Sequence record: PQ478073.1
DNA length: 64,000 nt
Direction: 5' to 3' (one strand)
Source of the DNA: a phage
Shown: one piece after another, positions 1-13,802 of the stretch
How the letters are laid out: the number at the start of each line of letters is the position of its first letter
Position numbering within the stretch: the first letter of the stretch is position 1
Translations under genes and position numbers: made by a program
The notes under the pieces: model-generated
The model's input: only the letters and a program-made list of their open reading frames with translations
Told to the model about the DNA's origin: nothing
The model's database searches: none

Positions 1-750
1 GAAGTTGGTGAATCTTTCCCATCATTTATGCATGAGATGTTCAACACTGGTATTGAAAAAGGTAAGATTGTTGGTGCAGACCTTGAGATGGTTGGTTCAC
101 GTGGCCTATTCTTGAAGAAAAAACGTTATGCAATTCTGAAGTACTGGGAAGATGGGTTCCGTAAAGATATTGATGGTAAACCAGGTGAAATCAAAGCGAT
201 GGGTCTTGAAATTAAACGCTCAGATACGCCAAAATACATCCAGAACTTCCTAGAAGAGACTCTAATCGCATTACTGGTAGGTGAGAGTGAACAACAGCTA
301 AAACAGCGTGTACGTGAGTTTAAGGACGTATTTAAGGATATGCCTGTACATGAAAAAGGTTCACCAAAAACTGTAAAAAACTACACTAATTTAGAGGCTG
401 AATATCAGCTAACTGGTAAGTGTAAAGTTGGTCACGTTCTTGCTGGTATCCAATGGAACCGCCTACGTGAAGTTTATGATGATAAATCTGTACCAGAAGT
501 AACGGATGGAACAAAAGTAATTGTCTGTAACTTAAAAGATAATCCTATGGGAATTAAAGCTGTTGGTTATCCAATTGACTGTGTTGAGTATCTACCAGAA
601 TGGTTCTTGGAACTACCATTTGATACTGAAAAAATGGAAGAGATTGTTCTAACTAAAAAATTAGAGAATATTTTTGGTATTTTGGATATGGATATTGGTA
701 TTCATGAAAAAAGTACTGCGTCAGTAAACAATGGATTCTTCACTTGGTAA
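1..750 (+). CDS. 43: DNA polymerase, family B (T4 gp43-like), C-terminal part; 5' end upstream of window
   Basis: Frame open from base 1; KKKRYA (KKRY motif of B-family polymerases) and T4 gp43-like C-terminal region; stop 748-750. Confidence 0.8.
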   Translation, partial: EVGESFPSFMHEMFNTGIEKGKIVGADLEMVGSRGLFLKKKRYAILKYWEDGFRKDIDGKPGEIKAMGLEIKRSDTPKYIQNFLEETLIALLVGESEQQLKQRVREFKDVFKDMPVHEKGSPKTVKNYTNLEAEYQLTGKCKVGHVLAGIQWNRLREVYDDKSVPEVTDGTKVIVCNLKDNPMGIKAVGYPIDCVEYLPEWFLELPFDTEKMEEIVLTKKLENIFGILDMDIGIHEKSTASVNNGFFTW

Positions 751-761
751 GGAGTAATAAT

Positions 762-911
762 ATGGTTATTGTAAATGAAATTGAACTAAACTATGATGAA
801 GTAAACGATACTTTCACTAATGAGATGTTGAATCTTACTGAAGAAAGTGTAAATGAGGCATGGGAAAAATATGTAGAATGGACTTCATTACAAGGTAAAA
901 ATAATGAGTAA
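762..911 (+). CDS. small acidic hypothetical protein (49 aa), not in ORF track
   Basis: GGAG at 751-754 seven nt upstream of ATG 762; open to TAA 909-911. Confidence 0.3.
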   Translation: MVIVNEIELNYDEVNDTFTNEMLNLTEESVNEAWEKYVEWTSLQGKNNE

Positions 912-1200
912 TATATATAAGCGTATTGGTGAAGTATTAGAAGGTAATGGTATCATTAATTCTGTACTAGCATATGATAATGATGAAGAAGTAGTTCTAA
1001 TTGGTGCGGGTTTTACTCGCACTGGTTCAGTGGAAGTTGACGGAGAGATTGCTGATGTTTACACTCTTGTGAAAAAGCGTAAAGTTGTTTTTGTCGATGA
1101 TGTACATACATTAAAAGACTTGAAAAAATTACGCGATAAAATTGGCATGAGTTCTACAATTGATAAGCCTTATCTTCAACGTTGGAATACAAAATACTGA
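904..1200 (+). CDS. hypothetical protein (98 aa)
   Basis: ORF between polymerase and clamp genes; no recognisable motif. Confidence 0.45.
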   Translation: MSNIYKRIGEVLEGNGIINSVLAYDNDEEVVLIGAGFTRTGSVEVDGEIADVYTLVKKRKVVFVDDVHTLKDLKKLRDKIGMSSTIDKPYLQRWNTKY

Positions 1201-1207
1201 TAAAAAA

Positions 1208-1237
1208 TTGAGACAAGCATCATTTTTGAGATATAAT
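1208..1237 (+). promoter_or_regulatory. sigma70-like promoter TTGAGA-N18-TATAAT
   Basis: TTGAGA 1208-1213, TATAAT 1232-1237, upstream of clamp gene. Confidence 0.5.
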
Positions 1238-1301
1238 GGTGCTTGTAGTAATCTTACATAAAAACATTTTTTGATTAACAAATAAAACGGAGAATTATAT
1301 A

Positions 1302-2033
1302 ATGGATCTACGCAACGTACTACGTGACCTCGTAAACACAACCAGTGGTATTGACTTCTCTTGTATTGCAGTAAGCAGTGAAGACCGTGGTGAAGGACAA
1401 CGTGTATATCTAGAAGCGTACACAGATGACCGAACTCTTGTAATGCGAGCATATACTAAAGAAGATGTTCCTGAAGTTCAGGGTCGTTTTGGCTTAGGTA
1501 ATCTAGGTCTTCTTCAGGGTCTAATGTCTCTAAAAACATACAGTACCGAAGGAACCACAATCACATCAAATGTTAAAGATGGTTCAGTTAAAAGTCTGGC
1601 ATTTAAATCTGAAGATGCAAGCACTACATTTATGGTACAAGCTGAAAAACTTATTCCAGTTCAACCACGTTTTCATGAACAACCATATGACGTACAGGTT
1701 ATTCCTAGTGCAGCAAAAGTTCAGGAACTAAAGAGTTTTTCTGGTGTATTTAAATCTTTTAGTTCTCTTGTAACTCCGTATACTGAAGGCGACACCCTAT
1801 ACTTTCACGTTGGTGAGAAAAACAAAAGTAACCACGTTGGTTCTCTAGCTTTTTCTAAAACTGAAGGTGAATTAGGTCTTGGTTTTGGTTATAATATTGA
1901 TCGCGTACTTCAAGCATTATCTCGCGTATCTAATGCCGAATCAGTATCACTTGGTATTACTAAAACTGGTATGCTAAATGTAACACTAGATACTGGAATT
2001 GCAGTATACAAATTTTACGTAACAGGCTGCTAA
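1302..2033 (+). CDS. 45: sliding clamp (T4 gp45-like)
   Basis: 243 aa; N-terminal NTTSGIDF and GNLGLLQGLMSL region resemble T4 gp45 (recalled from memory); GGAG RBS at 1288-1291. Confidence 0.7.
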   Translation: MDLRNVLRDLVNTTSGIDFSCIAVSSEDRGEGQRVYLEAYTDDRTLVMRAYTKEDVPEVQGRFGLGNLGLLQGLMSLKTYSTEGTTITSNVKDGSVKSLAFKSEDASTTFMVQAEKLIPVQPRFHEQPYDVQVIPSAAKVQELKSFSGVFKSFSSLVTPYTEGDTLYFHVGEKNKSNHVGSLAFSKTEGELGLGFGYNIDRVLQALSRVSNAESVSLGITKTGMLNVTLDTGIAVYKFYVTGC

Positions 2034-2041
2034 TATAAATA
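2034..2041 (+). promoter_or_regulatory. T4-late-like promoter box TATAAATA
   Basis: Exact TATAAATA directly after clamp stop. Confidence 0.4.
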
Positions 2042-2043
2042 AC

Positions 2044-2062
2044 GGGGAACACTATGTTCCCC
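2044..2062. terminator. hairpin GGGGAACA-cta-TGTTCCCC (weak T-tract)
   Basis: 8 bp perfect stem; same arms recur at 44895 and 51646. Confidence 0.4.
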
Positions 2063-2097
2063 AAATTAGTTTGATTTAAAAAGTAAAGGAATACAAA

Positions 2098-2304
2098 ATG
2101 CCATTATATACATATCGTTGTGAAAAAGAAGAATGCAAACATAGCATGGAAAAAATTGTTAAAATTGCAAATCGTGATGAACCTCATGATTGTCCTAAAT
2201 GTAATGGTGAAAAAACTATGAAGTTGGAAGTGTTCACTCCAGGTGATAAGGGTGCTAATCTTTATTTCCGTGGAAAATGGTTTGCAAATACTGGAGGTTA
2301 CTGA
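2098..2304 (+). CDS. zinc-ribbon protein (FmdB-like CxxC...CPxC)
   Basis: YRCEKEEC ... CPKCNG motifs; AAGGA RBS. Confidence 0.55.
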   Translation: MPLYTYRCEKEECKHSMEKIVKIANRDEPHDCPKCNGEKTMKLEVFTPGDKGANLYFRGKWFANTGGY

Positions 2305-2305
2305 T

Positions 2306-2605
2306 ATGAAAATTAAAATGATTAATGATTACGTTCTTGTTCGACAAATTGAAGCACAGAATAAAAGTACTGGTGGTATTATTCTAGGTAATGTTGAACC
2401 ACCATGTATTGGGATGGTAATTTCCGTTGGTCCAGGTAAAATTCTTCCGAACGGACAACTTGCAGAACATAATATTAAAGAAGGTGATATGGTTGTGTTT
2501 GGTCGTTCATCTTTGAACACACCACTGACTGAAGATCTTGGTGGCGGCGAAGATACATATTATGTAATGAAAATCGAAGAGATTTTTGGTAAGAAAAATG
2601 GCTAA
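2306..2605 (+). CDS. groES: co-chaperonin GroES (cpn10) homolog
   Basis: DYVLVRQIEAQNKSTGGIILG ... GMVISVGPG ... IKEGDMVVFG matches GroES pattern; GGAGG RBS 2293-2297; first ATG of longer track ORF is internal. Confidence 0.85.
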   Translation: MKIKMINDYVLVRQIEAQNKSTGGIILGNVEPPCIGMVISVGPGKILPNGQLAEHNIKEGDMVVFGRSSLNTPLTEDLGGGEDTYYVMKIEEIFGKKNG

Positions 2606-3323
2606 AAAGAAATTTATTCCATTTTGGATGGTCCCTGCTCACTGGGGACTTTCTGGAAAGGCAAAAGAGATAGCTAAAGCATACTACTACAATGATGATT
2701 ATGAAGCTGATATGAAAGTTGCTGAATTGACATATCTAACTCCATATGAAGTTGAAGTGGCCCAATTGGATATTAAAAAGAAATATAGCGTAATTGGAGA
2801 TTTGGAATATCTAATTGCTGTACTTGATGTTGAACTAAAATATTCTAAAATTACTCGTGAACAGTATGATGTTAAAGTTCTTGATGCAAAACTAAGTATT
2901 GGAGTTATTACAGAAAAAGAATATGATATGGAAATCATTGAGTTAATGCCAGAAGGTGATGAAAAAAGGCTTAAGGCTATTGAATTTGCATATCGTTACG
3001 ATGAAATCACACAAAGTGAATATTCTAAGGAAATATACACACTTCGTAAAGAACCTTGGATTGATTTGGATGTTGTTCTTGATCCTGAAACTAATGAAGT
3101 TGAGTTTGTATTTGACTATAATGAATATTTCTGGAAAAAGTTGAAAGCTGAAGGTCATCCAGGAAATGATGAAGAAGAAATTATCGATAACTTTGTGAGA
3201 GACTTGGGGCGTAAACTTGCTACGGATGATTTCAGTGATGATTACGACACAAAGCTGGTGAGTGCGAACGAAGGATTAGACAAGCTACCTGGTTTGCCTG
3301 AAGGATTTCGTTCATATAGATAA
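2598..3323 (+). CDS. hypothetical protein (241 aa)
   Basis: First ATG of TTG-initiated track ORF; followed by bidirectional terminator. Confidence 0.55.
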   Translation: MAKKKFIPFWMVPAHWGLSGKAKEIAKAYYYNDDYEADMKVAELTYLTPYEVEVAQLDIKKKYSVIGDLEYLIAVLDVELKYSKITREQYDVKVLDAKLSIGVITEKEYDMEIIELMPEGDEKRLKAIEFAYRYDEITQSEYSKEIYTLRKEPWIDLDVVLDPETNEVEFVFDYNEYFWKKLKAEGHPGNDEEEIIDNFVRDLGRKLATDDFSDDYDTKLVSANEGLDKLPGLPEGFRSYR

Positions 3324-3330
3324 CATATAA

Positions 3331-3362
3331 AAAAAGGAGAGCAAATGCTCTCCTTTTCTTTT
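3331..3362. terminator. bidirectional rho-independent terminator
   Basis: A-tract, GGAGAGC-aaat-GCTCTCC stem, T-tract; between convergent genes. Confidence 0.8.
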
Positions 3363-3370
3363 GAAAAATA

Positions 3371-4060
3371 TTAAACCAATGCTGGGATGTATTGGAAAAG
3401 TTTAACACCGAAATCACCTGCTGCATCAGCAGATTGGGAACGTAGGTAAACTTCGGTAACACCATCTTTAGCAAGTAGTGGAACACCAGTTAGATCATCA
3501 ATTAGTAGACGGCCTTCTTCGGATTCAGTACTTGGTACACCTTGTGGTGATTTAAGATCTTTGTTAAAGACACCAGCACGTTCAACTAGGAAGGTAACAA
3601 CAGAAGCATCAGCAATACTAACTGAACCTGCACTCAATACACCATCAGGTGCGTTGGTGAAACCAGTAACTGGAAATACTTCAAGACCATTACCTGCGAT
3701 GTTAGAGGTAGCGATGATAACCGCACGTTGTTGAACAACATCGACAATACGTTTAACGTTAGTTTGTGCTGCATAAGATGCATTGTAATCAGCTTCTAGT
3801 GTGCCAAGAACAAATGCAGTTCCATCAATACGTTTGATACCTTTATCATTTAGATATGCTAGAATTTCTTCTGGAATATCAGTGTTTAGAAAACGTTGTA
3901 GACCAGCATAAGAAGAAACTGCACCAGTAACTAGAACGTTTACGTTTCCTAGCTTACTGATAGCAATGGATGCTAGGGCGTTAGTGCCACAAAAGTAACC
4001 TAGAATACGTTCAAAGGAATAACCATTGATACGTTCAAAAGAAGTATTAGTATATGACAT
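3371..4060 (-). CDS. putative late/virion protein, tandem paralog 1 (229 aa)
   Basis: Shares QQRAV..ATS and ER.GVFNK blocks with adjacent ORF; AGGAGGA RBS; Ala/Gly/Val/Thr-rich; higher GC than neighbours. Confidence 0.6.
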   Translation of the reverse strand: MSYTNTSFERINGYSFERILGYFCGTNALASIAISKLGNVNVLVTGAVSSYAGLQRFLNTDIPEEILAYLNDKGIKRIDGTAFVLGTLEADYNASYAAQTNVKRIVDVVQQRAVIIATSNIAGNGLEVFPVTGFTNAPDGVLSAGSVSIADASVVTFLVERAGVFNKDLKSPQGVPSTESEEGRLLIDDLTGVPLLAKDGVTEVYLRSQSADAAGDFGVKLFQYIPALV

Positions 4061-4074
4061 AATCTATCCTCCTA

Positions 4075-4674
4075 TTATAGTTGAACAGGAAGAGCAGCAC
4101 GTACTTTAATTGCTACAGCAGTAGATGCACCTGCATCACCAACACCATCAGTACCTTGACTTACGAAAGTTTTGGTACGGAAAACTTTAGCTTGAGCGAT
4201 AGACTTAGCTAGGTCAACAGTTGGATCAACTGGAGCAGGACATGCTGAACCAGGACGAACTTCTTGCTTGTTAAATACGTCTTGACGTTCACAGATGAAA
4301 GTCAATGCAACAGAATTAGCACCACCTGCTACATCAGCACCACTAGTGCCGAACGCAACTACGTTTGGATTAGCATTTTTGAAATCAGCAGGAATAACAA
4401 CTTCTGAATCAAGAGCTAGTAGAGAGGTAGTAACTAGAACTGCACGTTGTTGTAGTAGTTGGGTAACCATGAATAGGTTATATTGAGCATTACTTAGAGC
4501 AGTTTGATACGCTTCAGCTTGAACATCAGAACCGTCAGAAGTAACTTTGGTAGTACCTAGTTCAACATCAGTTGGTAGATCGATTACGATGGTAACGAAA
4601 CCGTTATTACCACCCCACCATTCGCGAGCAACGCTAGACATACCATAGTTACGGTTAAAAGAATTAAGACTCAT
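4075..4674 (-). CDS. putative late/virion protein, tandem paralog 2 (199 aa)
   Basis: Paralog of 3371-4060; AAGGAGA RBS 5 nt upstream of ATG. Confidence 0.6.
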   Translation of the reverse strand: MSLNSFNRNYGMSSVAREWWGGNNGFVTIVIDLPTDVELGTTKVTSDGSDVQAEAYQTALSNAQYNLFMVTQLLQQRAVLVTTSLLALDSEVVIPADFKNANPNVVAFGTSGADVAGGANSVALTFICERQDVFNKQEVRPGSACPAPVDPTVDLAKSIAQAKVFRTKTFVSQGTDGVGDAGASTAVAIKVRAALPVQL

Positions 4675-4817
4675 GAAAATCTCCTTGTCAAATTTTGTGC
4701 AGGTATATCCTGCTTAAAGTTATTTATCAAAAAATATCACTAGCATTTAAATTTACTGAGATATTTAATGAATTTCTATGATATTATTTATCAAATCTGG
4801 GAAAGTGATTCAAGATG

Positions 4818-4826
4818 TGCTATAAT
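4818..4826 (+). promoter_or_regulatory. extended -10 promoter TGcTATAAT
   Basis: Member of recurring TGTGCTATAAT family; about 65 nt upstream of RNase H ATG. Confidence 0.5.
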
Positions 4827-4835
4827 TATCAATGA

Positions 4836-10093
<5,258 letters not shown>

Positions 10094-10123
10094 TTAAAAA
10101 ATATGGGACAGTATAAAAACCTG

Positions 10124-10132
10124 TGCTATAAT
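10124..10132 (+). promoter_or_regulatory. extended -10 promoter TGcTATAAT (gp32 leader)
   Basis: TGTGCTATAAT family; TTGACA at 10081-10086 further upstream. Confidence 0.5.
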
Positions 10133-10219
10133 GTAAAACGTTGAAGGAACAATGAAGTTTCTGAAACATTGAAGCCAATTAACAAATAACAAAGAAACCC
10201 AAAATCAAGGAAGATATAT

Positions 10220-11272
10220 ATGAAATCTCTAGCTGAAATTCGTGCACACCTAAAAGCAGAACAAGAAAAAGCAGAAGCTCAAAAGAATGGTACATTTACT
10301 GGCGAGCGTAAAGCTGATTCGTTCTTAGCTTTCTGGAACGTACCTTATAACGAACCACTAAACCTACGTTTTCTACCAGATGCAGATGAGTCTAACCCAT
10401 TCTTCTGGCGTGAACGTGACATGATTAACCTAACTTTCAATGGTGTAGTCGGTATGCACACTGATAAAGTTACCGTTCAAGTACCTTGTAACGAAATGTG
10501 GGTTCCTAAATCCTGTCCGGTTCTGAAAGAAGTACGTCAATGGTTCCAAAGTGCGAATGAAACAGGGAACGAAGAACTAAAAGCAATGGCTGGTCGTTAC
10601 TGGAAGAAGAAAACCTATCTAATGCAATGTTTTATTGCTCCTGATAGCGTTGCAGTAAAAGACGACATTGCACCAGAAAATCCAATTCGTCGTATTCTGG
10701 CTAACAAAGATATCTTTGATAAAGTTAAATCCATCCTGCTAAACCCAGGCATCAAAGAGTCTCCAACTCACTACGTTCAAGGTCGTGATTTTGGTATTGT
10801 TAAAACTAAGAATGGTGGTGGTTATAATAGCTACGACATGTCTCAATTCTCCATGTCTGAGCGTCCACTAAACGAAGAAGAACTAGCAGCAATTGAAAAA
10901 TATGGCCTATACAATCTAAATGATTTTATGCCAAAACAACCAACTCCAGAAGAGTTGAAAGCAATTGAAGAAATGTTCGAAGCATCAGTAAATGGTGAAG
11001 CATATGATCCAGCACGTTGGGCATTTGCATATCGTCCAGCAGGTGTACCAAAACCTAACTCTGGAACTGTTACTGAATCAAAACCAACTCCTGCTCCAGT
11101 ACAACAAGAGTCAGCACCTGCACCAGTAGCACCTACTGCTCCAGTTACACCAGCCCCACAAGCTGCTCCAGTAACTCCAGTCGCTACCCCAGCAGCAACC
11201 ACTCCTGAAGCACCAAAAGAACAACTATCTGCATCTGCACTAGTTGCTCGTTTGAAACAACAAGGTAAGTAA
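10220..11272 (+). CDS. 32: single-stranded DNA-binding protein (T4 gp32-like) with Pro/Ala/Thr-rich C-terminal tail
   Basis: LRFLPDADESNPFF resembles gp32 core (recalled); Cys cluster; AAGGA RBS; long structured leader. Confidence 0.7.
   Translation: MKSLAEIRAHLKAEQEKAEAQKNGTFTGERKADSFLAFWNVPYNEPLNLRFLPDADESNPFFWRERDMINLTFNGVVGMHTDKVTVQVPCNEMWVPKSCPVLKEVRQWFQSANETGNEELKAMAGRYWKKKTYLMQCFIAPDSVAVKDDIAPENPIRRILANKDIFDKVKSILLNPGIKESPTHYVQGRDFGIVKTKNGGGYNSYDMSQFSMSERPLNEEELAAIEKYGLYNLNDFMPKQPTPEELKAIEEMFEASVNGEAYDPARWAFAYRPAGVPKPNSGTVTESKPTPAPVQQESAPAPVAPTAPVTPAPQAAPVTPVATPAATTPEAPKEQLSASALVARLKQQGK
11090..11220 (+). repeat. imperfect short tandem repeats encoding PAPV/TPAP low-complexity tail of SSB
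   Basis: Reiterated gctccagta / cctgcaccagta units. Confidence 0.6.
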
Positions 11273-11290
11273 TAGTTTTTGAAAAGTTAA

Positions 11291-11320
11291 GGGGCAACGG
11301 AGTTTGCCCCGTTTTATTTC
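11291..11320 (+). terminator. rho-independent terminator
   Basis: GGGGCAA-loop-TTGCCCC then GTTTTATTT. Confidence 0.75.
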
Positions 11321-11341
11321 ATAAAATTCAAGGAGCGAATT

Positions 11342-12460
11342 ATGAAAATGACAAGTGGTTTTGCGAACATTCTTAAAAACAGTACTGGTAGTGTTAAAAA
11401 GAATACTGGTGTTAGTGTTGGTTTTCATGATCCAGATACATGGGTTAGTACTGGTAACTATGCACTAAATTATCGCATCAGTGGCTATTTTGACCGTGGT
11501 ATCCCACTAGGCAAAGTAACGATGTTTGCTGGTGAATCAGGTAGTGGTAAATCTTTTATCGTATCTGGTAATATTGCACGTGAAGCTCAAAAACAAGGCA
11601 TCTTTGTTGTTATGATTGACTCAGAGAACGCATTGGATTCAGATTGGCTTCAAGCACTTGGTGTTGACACTTCTGAAGAAAAACTTTTGAAAGTCAATAT
11701 GGGTATGATTGGTGACGTTGCAAAATTCACCTATGAGTTCATTGAAGGATATCGTAAAGAATACGAAAATACACCTAAAGATGAACGTCAAAAAGTATTG
11801 TTTATTATTGATTCAATTGGTATGCTAAACACTGAAGTAGCCAATGATCAAATGAAAGCGGGTAACCTTAAAGGTGACATGGGTCATAAACCCAAACAGC
11901 TTAAAGCATATATCACAAACTGTGTAAACTCTATTGGTTCATTGAACATTGGTATGGTTTGCGTTAACCACAGTTATGAATCTCAGGACATGTTTAACCC
12001 AGATCCTAAAGTTTCAGGTGGTAGTGGCTTGATTTATGCTTCATCTATGGTTATCGCAATGGGTAAATTAAAACTTAAAGAAGATGAAGACGGAAATAAA
12101 ACTTCCGAAGTAAATGGTATTCGTGCTAAATGTAAAGTCATGAAGACTCGTTACAACAAGCCGTTCGAAGATGTAGAAATTAAAATTCCTTGGGATAAAG
12201 GTATGGACCCACGTAGTGGTCTACTAGATATGTTTGAAAAATACGGTCTAATCACTAAATCAGGTAACCGTCTATTGTATGTTGATATTGTAACTGGCGA
12301 ACAGATTCTAAAATATCGCAAAGAGTGGATGCGTAATGAAGATTCATGTCTTGATTTGGTAATGCATCAATTTAAAAATCATCCTTTGATTGAAGAAGTT
12401 AAAGAAGAAGAAAAAGGTGATGAAACTTTTGGTACTGATGTGGATATTAGTGAGGAATAA
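11342..12460 (+). CDS. uvsX: UvsX recombinase (RecA family)
   Basis: Walker A GESGSGKS; GLLDM block as in T4 UvsX; AAGGAG RBS. Confidence 0.9.
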   Translation: MKMTSGFANILKNSTGSVKKNTGVSVGFHDPDTWVSTGNYALNYRISGYFDRGIPLGKVTMFAGESGSGKSFIVSGNIAREAQKQGIFVVMIDSENALDSDWLQALGVDTSEEKLLKVNMGMIGDVAKFTYEFIEGYRKEYENTPKDERQKVLFIIDSIGMLNTEVANDQMKAGNLKGDMGHKPKQLKAYITNCVNSIGSLNIGMVCVNHSYESQDMFNPDPKVSGGSGLIYASSMVIAMGKLKLKEDEDGNKTSEVNGIRAKCKVMKTRYNKPFEDVEIKIPWDKGMDPRSGLLDMFEKYGLITKSGNRLLYVDIVTGEQILKYRKEWMRNEDSCLDLVMHQFKNHPLIEEVKEEEKGDETFGTDVDISEE

Positions 12461-12921
12461 TGAAACCTTGGCATTGGATTATCAAAGATGATAAATCTAA
12501 AATTATTGAAATGATTGAGTTCTTTAACAAAGAAGTTGAAGAAGCTCGTCGTGAAGTAAAGAAGATTGGCATCATTGAAAAAATTGCTCAAGAGATTCCT
12601 GGCTGGCATGAGATGCGTCTAAGCCAGCTTCAAGAACTTGAAGCAGTATTGGAAATGTTAGAAATTGAAATGCGTCAGGTACAAGCCGAGAAGTTCAAAT
12701 ACTTTCTCGAAGGATACCGCCGTGCACTATCTTCATCTGACTGTAAAAAGTATGTTGAAGGTGATAAAGATGTTTGTGAGTTAGCAGAACTTATAAACGA
12801 GGTATCTTATATAAGAAATACATATTCAAGTATTGTTAAATCCTTAGAGATGAAAGCTTTTCAGTTAAACAATATTGTGAGACTACGTGCCGCTGGTATT
12901 GAGGATGCACGTTTAGAATAA
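12460..12921 (+). CDS. uvsY: UvsY recombination mediator
   Basis: Directly downstream of uvsX with TAATG overlap; DKDVCEL ... KAFQLNNIVRLRAAG resembles T4 UvsY C-terminus (recalled). Confidence 0.65.
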   Translation: MKPWHWIIKDDKSKIIEMIEFFNKEVEEARREVKKIGIIEKIAQEIPGWHEMRLSQLQELEAVLEMLEIEMRQVQAEKFKYFLEGYRRALSSSDCKKYVEGDKDVCELAELINEVSYIRNTYSSIVKSLEMKAFQLNNIVRLRAAGIEDARLE

Positions 12922-12929
12922 TTATCATT

Positions 12930-12955
12930 AAGGACGCATATCGCGTCCTTTTTCT
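12930..12955 (+). terminator. rho-independent terminator
   Basis: AAGGACGC-atatc-GCGTCCTT then TTTTT. Confidence 0.8.
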
Positions 12956-12968
12956 ATGCGAGAATAAA

Positions 12969-13787
12969 ATGACAAAATTAAATGAGTTTTTATCAAATGT
13001 AGCAGTTCTAGATACTGAAACTACTGGGGTTGAGAGTGAAGATGATATTATTGAATTTAGTATCTCGTATCCACATACTTCACATGAAAACATTGATACT
13101 ATTGATAACTATACATTGAGATACAAACCCTTGAAAGATATTCCACCAGAGGCATCTGCTGTGCACTTTATCAGTACTGAGGATGTAGCTAATTGTGTTG
13201 GGTATAAAGATGATTTAGATAACATTGATGCACTTATGGGATGCCGTAAGTATTTTGTTGGTCATAATGTACAATTTGACCGTAGAATGATGGTAGATAA
13301 CGAATATAAATATCGTAACTCAATTTCACAGTACTTACTTGATGAAAATAAATGGATTTGTACCCTTCGTCTTGCTAAGAAAATGTTCGCAGAAGATATT
13401 GAATTTAAAAACTTAACTCTAAGTTATTTGTGGTATAAGTTTGGATGTTATCGTGATGTTCATCGACCTGTTAATGCACACGCAGCAAAAGACGATGTGT
13501 TTATGTGTTATCAGGTTCTAATCAAATTAGTTGAAATTGCAATCGAACGTGGACATATCGAACCTAATGGTGATATTGGTGAGCAAATTGTAACTTTCTG
13601 CAACACACCAATGCGTTATCAATTCATGCCATTTGGTAAACACAAAGGTGTGCCAATGAGTACAGTTCCATTGAATTACATTGAATGGATGATTACTAAT
13701 AGTGACATTTTAGATGCAAGTAACCCTAACTGTGATAAAGATTTAGTATATACATTTGAGTACGAATATAATACTCGAACTAATTAA
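12969..13787 (+). CDS. DEDD-family (DnaQ-like) 3'-5' exonuclease
   Basis: Exo I LDTETTG, Exo II GHNVQFD, Exo III H..D motifs. Confidence 0.7.
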   Translation: MTKLNEFLSNVAVLDTETTGVESEDDIIEFSISYPHTSHENIDTIDNYTLRYKPLKDIPPEASAVHFISTEDVANCVGYKDDLDNIDALMGCRKYFVGHNVQFDRRMMVDNEYKYRNSISQYLLDENKWICTLRLAKKMFAEDIEFKNLTLSYLWYKFGCYRDVHRPVNAHAAKDDVFMCYQVLIKLVEIAIERGHIEPNGDIGEQIVTFCNTPMRYQFMPFGKHKGVPMSTVPLNYIEWMITNSDILDASNPNCDKDLVYTFEYEYNTRTN

Positions 13788-13802
13788 TAAAGGTAATCAT
13801 GG

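Noticed and set aside
1129-1452. Minus-strand ORF overlapping the clamp gene start
   Set aside because: Antisense to well-supported + strand genes, no RBS, composition typical of a shadow ORF
10843-11202. Minus-strand ORF rich in Gly/Ala/Thr/Val
   Set aside because: Artifact of the repetitive GC-richer DNA encoding the SSB low-complexity tail
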